From NCBI GenBank assembly GCA_000166095.1, contig CP002278.1:540001-572000 (forward strand): DNA of 32,000 nt, written 5' to 3'. This document shows, piece after piece, positions 25,938-32,000 of the stretch (position 1 is its first letter; each line of letters starts with the position of its first letter). This DNA comes from Methanothermus fervidus DSM 2088. GTDB taxonomy: Archaea > Methanobacteriota > Methanobacteria > DSM-2088 > Methanothermaceae. Under the pieces are notes generated by a model. The model made no database searches, was not told the DNA's origin, and was given only the letters and a program-made list of their open reading frames with translations. The position numbers were made by a program, and so were the translations under genes.

Positions 25938-27197
25938 ATGAGCATGACAATGGCAGAAAAAATACTTGCTAAAGCATCTGGGAAAGATAAGGTAGAAGCT
26001 GGAGAAATTGTAATGGCTAATATAGATGTAGCTATGGTTCATGATATAACAGGTCCTCTAACTGTAGAAAGATTTAAAGAAATAGCTGAAAATGTTTGGG
26101 ACCCTGAAAAAATTGTGGTTGTGTTTGATCATCAAGTTCCTGCAGAAAGTATAGAATCTGCTGAAAATCACATCATAATGAGAGAATTTGTAAAGGAACA
26201 AGGTATAAAACATTTTTACGATGTAGGAGAAGGTATCTGTCATCAAGTTTTACCAGAGAAGGGTCATATAGTGCCTGGAGAAGTTGTAGTTGGTGCAGAT
26301 TCACACACTTGCACTCATGGCGCATTAGGTGCATTTTCTACTGGTATAGGATCTACAGACATGGCAATGGTTTTTTCAGAAGGAAAATTATGGTTTAAAG
26401 TCCCCGAAACACTTAGATTTGAAATCAATGGTTCTCTAGACAAATATGTTACTGCAAAAGATGTTATATTAAAAATAATAGGTGAAGTTGGAGTTGATGG
26501 AGCTACATATAAAGCATGTGAATTTTCTGGAGAAGTTATGAAAAATATGAGTATATCCGAGCGTATGGTATTGTGTAATATGGCAATAGAGATGGGTGGT
26601 AAAACAGGACTTGTTGAACCTGATGAAAAAACTTTAAACTATATTAAAAAACGTACAACTAAAAAATTTGAAATTTTTAAAACAGATGTTGATTCTCCAT
26701 CACTTGAGACAATGGAAATAAATGTTGAAAATTTAGAACCACAAGTTGCTTGTCCGCATAATGTAGACAATGTTAAGCCAGTTTCTGAAGTTGAAGGTGT
26801 TGAAATTGATCAAATATTCTTAGGTTCATGTACAAATGGTAGATTAAAAGATTTAAGAGATGCTGCAAAAATAATAAAAGGACATGAAATAGCAGACAAT
26901 GTAAGAATGCTTGTAATACCTGCATCAAGAGAAATTTATAAAAGAGCTTTAAATGAAGGGCTAATAAAGATATTCTTAGAAGCTGGTGCAGTTGTATGTA
27001 ATCCTTGTTGTGGACCATGTCTTGGAGGACATATAGGTGTACTAGGACCAAATGAAGTGTGTTTATCCACATCTAATCGTAATTTTAAAGGTCGTCAAGG
27101 TAGTACTAAAGCTAAAATATATTTATCATCGGCGGTAGTAGCTGCAGCTTCTGCTATAACTGGAAAAATAACTGATCCTAGAAGCTTAGAAAGGTGA
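25938..27197 (+). CDS. leuC: 3-isopropylmalate dehydratase / homoaconitase large subunit (aconitase family), leaning LeuC
   Basis: [12 protein letters not shown]...[25 protein letters not shown] and CGPCLG Fe-S cluster cysteines. SD AAGGAGGA. Confidence 0.8.
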   Translation: MSMTMAEKILAKASGKDKVEAGEIVMANIDVAMVHDITGPLTVERFKEIAENVWDPEKIVVVFDHQVPAESIESAENHIIMREFVKEQGIKHFYDVGEGICHQVLPEKGHIVPGEVVVGADSHTCTHGALGAFSTGIGSTDMAMVFSEGKLWFKVPETLRFEINGSLDKYVTAKDVILKIIGEVGVDGATYKACEFSGEVMKNMSISERMVLCNMAIEMGGKTGLVEPDEKTLNYIKKRTTKKFEIFKTDVDSPSLETMEINVENLEPQVACPHNVDNVKPVSEVEGVEIDQIFLGSCTNGRLKDLRDAAKIIKGHEIADNVRMLVIPASREIYKRALNEGLIKIFLEAGAVVCNPCCGPCLGGHIGVLGPNEVCLSTSNRNFKGRQGSTKAKIYLSSAVVAAASAITGKITDPRSLER

Positions 27198-27201
27198 GAG
27201 A

Positions 27202-27684
27202 ATGAAAGGCAGGGTTTGGAAATTCGGTGACAATATAGATACAGATCTTATAATTCCTGGACGATATCTGACAATAAGAGATCCAAAAAAATTAGCAAAA
27301 CATTTGATGGAAGGAATAGATCCTAACTTCCATAAAAAAATTAAGAAAGGAGATTTCATAGTCGCTGGTAAAAATTTTGGATGTGGATCATCAAGAGAAC
27401 ATGCACCACTTGCAATGAAAGGTGCTGGTATTGGTGCTGTAATTGCAGAATCGTTTGCAAGAATATTTTATCGAAATGCTATTAATTTAGGTATTCCAGC
27501 TATAGAAGCTCCAAATGTTTCTAAAAAAATTAAAAATAATGAAGTTATAGAAATAGATTTAAAAGAAGGAATCATAAGAAAAGAAAATGGTGAAATTATA
27601 AAATTTAAAAAGTTGCCAGAATTCATGTTAAAAATAATTGAGAAAGGTGGCTTAATACAATATTTAAAAGAAAAAAAGAAATGA
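27202..27684 (+). CDS. leuD: 3-isopropylmalate dehydratase / homoaconitase small subunit, leaning LeuD
   Basis: GRVWKFGDNIDTD..IPGRYL, GKNFGCGSSREHAP, ESFARIFYRNAIN. By recollection this is closer to the archaeal IPMI small subunit than to HacB. Confidence 0.75.
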   Translation: MKGRVWKFGDNIDTDLIIPGRYLTIRDPKKLAKHLMEGIDPNFHKKIKKGDFIVAGKNFGCGSSREHAPLAMKGAGIGAVIAESFARIFYRNAINLGIPAIEAPNVSKKIKNNEVIEIDLKEGIIRKENGEIIKFKKLPEFMLKIIEKGGLIQYLKEKKK

Positions 27685-27705
27685 TCGGAAAAGAGGCGTC
27701 GAAAG

Positions 27706-28680
27706 ATGAAAATAGCTGTAATTCCGGGTGATGGAATAGGTAAAGAAGTTACAGAAGCTACCATACATATATTAAGTGCTTTAGATCTTCCTTTAACTTA
27801 CGAATTTGGGGAAGCAGGAGATGAATGTCTTAAAAAAGAAGGTTCTGCATTGCCTGAGGATACATTAAAACTTGCAAAAAAATCTGATGCTGTTTTATTT
27901 GGTGCAGTAGGAGAATCAGCTGCTGATGTCATTGTTAAATTAAGAAAAGAACTAGACCTCTTCGCAAATGTAAGACCAGTTAAATGCTATCCTGGAATAG
28001 AATGTATTAGGAAAGATATAGACTTAACAATAGTGAGAGAGAATACAGAGTGCCTATATTCTGGAATAGAGAGATATACAGATGAAGGAGCTGAAGCTGT
28101 TAGAGTTATAACTAGGAAAGCATGTGAAAGGATTTGTGAGTTTGCATTCAAAATTGCAAATGAAAAAGTTACTGCTGTACATAAAGCAAATGTCCTTAAG
28201 AAGACAGATGGGTTGTTTAGGGAAGTATTTTATGAGGTTGCTGAAGGATATCCAGAGATTGAAGCTGAGGATGTTTATGTTGATGCAATGGCCCTCTACC
28301 TAATAACAAAACCACAAGATTTTGATGTTTTGGTCACAACAAATCTATATGGGGACATACTTTCTGATGAGGCTGCTGGTTTAGTTGGTGGTCTTGGATT
28401 GGCACCATCTGCAAATATAGGTGAAAAAAATTCGCTTTTCGAACCTGTACATGGATCTGCTCCAGATATTGCAGGTAAAGGGATTGCAAATCCAACTGCA
28501 ATGATCCTATCCTCAGTTATGATGTTGAGGCATCTTGGATTTGAGAGAGAAGGTGATTTGGTTGAGAATGCTTTGATTGAGGTCCTTAGGGAGGGAAAGG
28601 TAACTCCTGATCTTGGTGGAAATCTTAAGACTATGGAGATGGCTGAGGAAATAAGAAAATATGTACTGGAGGCTAAATAA
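27706..28680 (+). CDS. leuB: 3-isopropylmalate (or homoisocitrate) dehydrogenase
   Basis: MKIAVIPGDGIGKEV, NLYGDILSD and GSAPDIAGKGIANP are signatures of the beta-decarboxylating dehydrogenase family. Confidence 0.8.
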   Translation: MKIAVIPGDGIGKEVTEATIHILSALDLPLTYEFGEAGDECLKKEGSALPEDTLKLAKKSDAVLFGAVGESAADVIVKLRKELDLFANVRPVKCYPGIECIRKDIDLTIVRENTECLYSGIERYTDEGAEAVRVITRKACERICEFAFKIANEKVTAVHKANVLKKTDGLFREVFYEVAEGYPEIEAEDVYVDAMALYLITKPQDFDVLVTTNLYGDILSDEAAGLVGGLGLAPSANIGEKNSLFEPVHGSAPDIAGKGIANPTAMILSSVMMLRHLGFEREGDLVENALIEVLREGKVTPDLGGNLKTMEMAEEIRKYVLEAK

Positions 28681-29863
28681 GGTGGAAATTAATAAAATTA
28701 GGGAGGATTTCCCTCTACTAAAACATTGTGTTTATTTGGACGCCGCCAGTACAACACCTACACCAAAATGTGTTGTACAAGCAATGAATGAATATTTCTA
28801 TACATACAATACTAATGTGGGACGTGGTGTATACTCATTAGCAGTTAAAGCTACAGAAAAGGTTGAAGAAGTAAGGAAAAGATTAGGAGATTTTATAAAC
28901 TCTCCTCCTGAAAATATAGTATTCACAAAAAATACTACTGAGGCTATAAATTTAGTTGCTAATGGTTTAAAATTTAAAAAAGGCGACACTATTATAGTAC
29001 CTAATATTGAGCATCATTCAAATTTTTTACCATGGCTAAGGCTTCGAAAAGAAGGTGTAAATGTTAAAATAATAAAAGCAGAGAAAAACAGCATTGTCGA
29101 TCCTTCAGTTATTGAAGATAAAATTGATGAAAACACAAAGTTAATAACTGTAAGCTATATCTCAAATGTGTTGGGAGTTGTACAAGACATCGAAGAAATA
29201 GGTAAAATTGCTAAAGACAACGATATTCTATATATGGTAGACGCTGCTCAGGCAATTGGACATATAAAAGTGGATGTAAAAAAAATTAATGCTGATTTTG
29301 TTGCTTTTCCTGGACATAAGGGATTGTTGGGTCCAGTAGGCACTGGATTTTTATATTCAAAGTTGCTACACAAGCTAGAACCATTTAATATTGGTGGTGG
29401 AACTGTAATTGATGTTTCAGAAAATAAATATAAATTAGAAAAACCTCCTGCAAGATTTGAAGCTGGTACTTTAAACATTGCTGGAATCATTGGACTGGGT
29501 TCTGCAGTAAGTTATTTAGAATCAATAGGTATCAAAAAAATTGAAAAATATTGTATGGAATTAACAGAAGAGATGTACAGTAAATTATCAGAGATTGATA
29601 AGGTAATATGTTATGGCGACATTGAAAATATTCATGGAATTGTTTCATTTAATGTAAAAGGAAAAGATCCTAACAAAGTTGCAAGATTGTTGGACAAAAA
29701 AAGTAAAATTTGTGTGAGAAGTGGACATCATTGTGCCATACCTCTAATCAAACACATAGGTGCAAAAAAATATGGAGGAACTGTTAGAGCTTCAGTACAC
29801 TGTTACAATAATTTTATGGACATCGAAAAACTTATAAATACTATAAAGGAGGTTAGTGTATGA
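28661..29863 (+). CDS. Class V aminotransferase-fold PLP enzyme, SufS/CsdA-type cysteine desulfurase-like
   Basis: IREDFPLL...YLDAAS, PLP lysine in FPGHKGLLGP, and active-site RSGHHCA. The start is ATG 28661 or GTG 28682. Confidence 0.75.
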   Translation: MYWRLNKVEINKIREDFPLLKHCVYLDAASTTPTPKCVVQAMNEYFYTYNTNVGRGVYSLAVKATEKVEEVRKRLGDFINSPPENIVFTKNTTEAINLVANGLKFKKGDTIIVPNIEHHSNFLPWLRLRKEGVNVKIIKAEKNSIVDPSVIEDKIDENTKLITVSYISNVLGVVQDIEEIGKIAKDNDILYMVDAAQAIGHIKVDVKKINADFVAFPGHKGLLGPVGTGFLYSKLLHKLEPFNIGGGTVIDVSENKYKLEKPPARFEAGTLNIAGIIGLGSAVSYLESIGIKKIEKYCMELTEEMYSKLSEIDKVICYGDIENIHGIVSFNVKGKDPNKVARLLDKKSKICVRSGHHCAIPLIKHIGAKKYGGTVRASVHCYNNFMDIEKLINTIKEVSV

Positions 29864-29946
29864 GTAGGGCAAGAATAATAGCAATAATATTTATTTTGAT
29901 TATGGTGCTAAGTAGTATAGCTGCTGCAATTTTAGCATTAGGATAG
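29860..29946 (+). CDS. 28-aa single-TM micro-protein (candidate), absent from the ORF track
   Basis: [38 protein letters not shown] lies 6 nt upstream. The ATG overlaps the upstream stop as ATGA. The stop lies 8 nt before the ribH ATG. Confidence 0.4.
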   Translation: MSRARIIAIIFILIMVLSSIAAAILALG

Positions 29947-29954
29947 GTGAGAAA

Positions 29955-30362
29955 ATGGTAAAGCTAGGGATTGTAGTATCAGAATTTAACTATGATATCA
30001 CACAAATGATGCTAAAGTTAGCTAAAGAACATGCAAAATTTTTAGAAGCAGAAGTAGTTAGGGTTATACATGTGCCTGGAGTTTTTGAAATACCATTAGC
30101 AGTAAAATTCCTTTTGGAGAATGAAGATGTTGACGCAGTTGTGACACTTGGTGCTGTAATTGAGGGTGAAACAGATCATGATCAGGTTGTAATGCAACAA
30201 GCTTCACGAAAAATTATTGATCTCTCTCTTGAATATAATAAACCAGTAGCATTAGGAATTTCAGGTCCAGGAATGAGTAGACTTGAGGCTCATGAAAGAG
30301 TCAAATATGCTAAAAGGGCTGTAGAGGCTGCTGTCAAAATGTGCAAGCGATTGAAAAGCTAA
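29955..30362 (+). CDS. ribH: 6,7-dimethyl-8-ribityllumazine synthase
   Basis: [22 protein letters not shown] and TLGAVI.GET.H match the archaeal RibH pattern. 135 aa. Confidence 0.85.
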   Translation: MVKLGIVVSEFNYDITQMMLKLAKEHAKFLEAEVVRVIHVPGVFEIPLAVKFLLENEDVDAVVTLGAVIEGETDHDQVVMQQASRKIIDLSLEYNKPVALGISGPGMSRLEAHERVKYAKRAVEAAVKMCKRLKS

Positions 30363-30374
30363 AAGGGATTTCTA

Positions 30375-31307
30375 ATGGAAATTTATACCCCCAATGAATT
30401 AAGAAAAAAATTTAAAGATCCATGGGTAGCCCCATACAAAAAAATAATTACAATGGTGGATGATCAGATTGTAGAACTGGTTGAATATCATCCATGTATT
30501 TCAGGTTCAGAATGGATGATCTACCAGTATAAACGGACAAGTAACTTAGTTTTAGATGCATATAGAGATGGAAACAAACATGTCTATATAGTTAAAGTAG
30601 GTAAAGAAAAATTAAATTTGAAAGCCAGTTTTAGTGCTGCAGGGATCGAAGAAGTGAATGTAAAAGATGATGAAGTCAGGATTGTACATGCAGGTCTTGC
30701 TGGGGCAGGTGTTGGTGCAGCTATTTGTAGAGGAATGGCAGAGGGTGTAAAAAGAATAGAAATATATAGTTTAGGCGGCGGATCCAAATTAGGAAAAGCA
30801 GCTGTAATAACTCCTTTGATGAAGAAAATCGTAATTGGGATAGATGATACAGATACAAAAGAACAAGGTGCAACTTGGACTTTAGCACACAATCTTGGGA
30901 CAAAATTGAAAGAAAAGGGGTATGAATATATTGATCATGTAATAGTACAGCTTTACCCAAAGAATCCTAATAAAACACAAAACTGCGTTGCAGTAGCACT
31001 AACGTTTGCTGTTAGGCCAGGAATGGAGGAAAAACTCGTTAATAATGCAGTGAAATTCCTTGAAAAAGCAACGCTTTCTGATAATACTGCAATAGCTGTC
31101 TTTGAAGGTATTAAAATCCCTGAAGAACTTATAAAATATTCAATAAAAGCTAAAACTAAAATGGTATCTTTAGATGAATGTTTAACCACTGCAAAAAAAT
31201 TAGGTATCAGTCTGATAGATGTGACTGGCGAGAAAGGTAAGATAGGTGCATTAGCTGCCATAGGATTGCATAACAATGTTAAGGAGGCTGTGAAACTTTA
31301 TTGCTGA
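30375..31307 (+). CDS. Conserved methanogen protein, probably methanogenesis marker protein 11 (TiaS-N-terminal/DUF1743-like domain)
   Basis: 310 aa. VIGIDDTDTKEQGATWTLAHNLG resembles the GIDDTDS...CTT motif of the TiaS N-terminal domain. The size and sequence fit my recollection of marker 11 (TIGR03280). Confidence 0.5.
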   Translation: MEIYTPNELRKKFKDPWVAPYKKIITMVDDQIVELVEYHPCISGSEWMIYQYKRTSNLVLDAYRDGNKHVYIVKVGKEKLNLKASFSAAGIEEVNVKDDEVRIVHAGLAGAGVGAAICRGMAEGVKRIEIYSLGGGSKLGKAAVITPLMKKIVIGIDDTDTKEQGATWTLAHNLGTKLKEKGYEYIDHVIVQLYPKNPNKTQNCVAVALTFAVRPGMEEKLVNNAVKFLEKATLSDNTAIAVFEGIKIPEELIKYSIKAKTKMVSLDECLTTAKKLGISLIDVTGEKGKIGALAAIGLHNNVKEAVKLYC

Positions 31308-31320
31308 ATCATTGTTAAGA

Positions 31321-31623
31321 TCATGAAAAGTTTTGCCTTTTTTCTATTACTTGTTTTTTAGATTTCTCTGCTAGATCTTGAAGTCCGGAAACAACGCTTT
31401 CAGGTAAAATGTCGTTCCCATTTTCAAAGATTATTTTTGATATTATTGCTGAGAGAACAAATATAGCGCACTTGTGTTCAATCTTTGTTCTGTGAATATG
31501 GTGAGGACTTATGTTAAGGGATAAATATTCTTTAGGTTCCTCATTTACATTCTCAACAGTTTTTAAGTATTTTAAAACGTAAACTAAAAATTGATGTAAT
31601 TGTATCAATTCATCTTTATACAT
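31321..31623 (-). CDS. UPF0058-like small conserved archaeal protein
   Basis: MYKDELIQLHQFLVYV.KY... ISPHHIHRTK.EHK.AIF.L matches the UPF0058 pattern by recollection. Confidence 0.5.
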   Translation of the reverse strand: MYKDELIQLHQFLVYVLKYLKTVENVNEEPKEYLSLNISPHHIHRTKIEHKCAIFVLSAIISKIIFENGNDILPESVVSGLQDLAEKSKKQVIEKRQNFS

Positions 31624-31764
31624 TTTATCCTCCCATTAAAATCACAAAGATTTTATGCTAGAGATTATTACTCCTTAATATACTTTTTTGGTTCAATGCA
31701 ATAAAAAATGTATTTATCATAATAATTTGATTCCCAATATTATTACTTATAGGAGAAAGATAGG

Positions 31765-32000
31765 ATGGAAGTTGTTGTGTTTAAAAAAGAAAAAATAGAG
31801 AATTTAATAAAAAGATCTGAAATTGATATAAGCACTGTTATACCGAAAGTTAGTGAAATAATAAGGGAAGTAAAAGAATGTGGGGATGAAGCACTAATAA
31901 ATTTAACTCGAAAGTTTGATGGAGTAGAAATTGATAAAATTAAAGTTACAAAAGATGAAATAAAAAGAAGTTACAAACGATTAGATGATAGCATTATTCA
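31765..32000 (+). CDS. hisD: Histidinol dehydrogenase, N-terminal part (runs off the window)
   Basis: ...V..II.EVKECGDEALINLTRKFDGVEIDKIKVTKDEI is the typical HisD N-terminus. SD AGGAG upstream. Confidence 0.75.
   Translation, partial: MEVVVFKKEKIENLIKRSEIDISTVIPKVSEIIREVKECGDEALINLTRKFDGVEIDKIKVTKDEIKRSYKRLDDSII

Noticed and set aside
30584-31276. Three minus-strand ORFs antisense to the marker-11-like gene
   Set aside because: They are antisense to a well-formed + strand gene that has an SD. They have no RBS and give low-complexity products.

Overview
The sequence is a visibly AT-rich archaeal chromosome segment. Its gene content points to a methanogen, probably of the Methanobacteriales type. 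Supporting genes are a Fae-Hps fusion, a methanogenesis-marker-11-like protein, aEF-1beta, Sec61beta, TrpB2, an Isf-type flavoprotein and an adhesin-like beta-helix protein, and most genes have strong GGAGG/GGTGA ribosome-binding sites. The taxon call is inference only.

The window falls into three blocks:
- **Block 1 (1-10.3 kb, all minus strand).** It holds metal ABC uptake genes and two translationally coupled accessory operons with no pathway I can name. The first is TPR / radical SAM-SPASM / O-methyltransferase. The second is MFS / PyrK-like / GidA-TrmFO-like Fe-S flavoprotein / methyltransferase / P-loop ATPase / MBL hydrolase.
- **Block 2 (10.5-15.2 kb).** This is a secreted/surface-protein islet. 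Two divergently transcribed genes are each broken by frameshifts. It also encodes a secreted zinc phospholipase C/P1-nuclease-fold protein.
- **Block 3 (15.5-32 kb).** These are housekeeping genes: trpB2, fae-hps, isf, purB, EF-1beta, leuCDB-type genes, a SufS-like gene, ribH and the hisD start.

The most notable non-coding signal is a pair of C/D box sRNA loci upstream of trpB2. One has three guide modules at exact 30-nt spacing (16370-16460) and the other is canonical (16590-16645). Three small genes missing from the ORF track are supported: Sec61beta, a 51-aa zinc ribbon and a 28-aa membrane micro-ORF. I recognised no rRNA, tRNA, CRISPR array, transposase or integrase.
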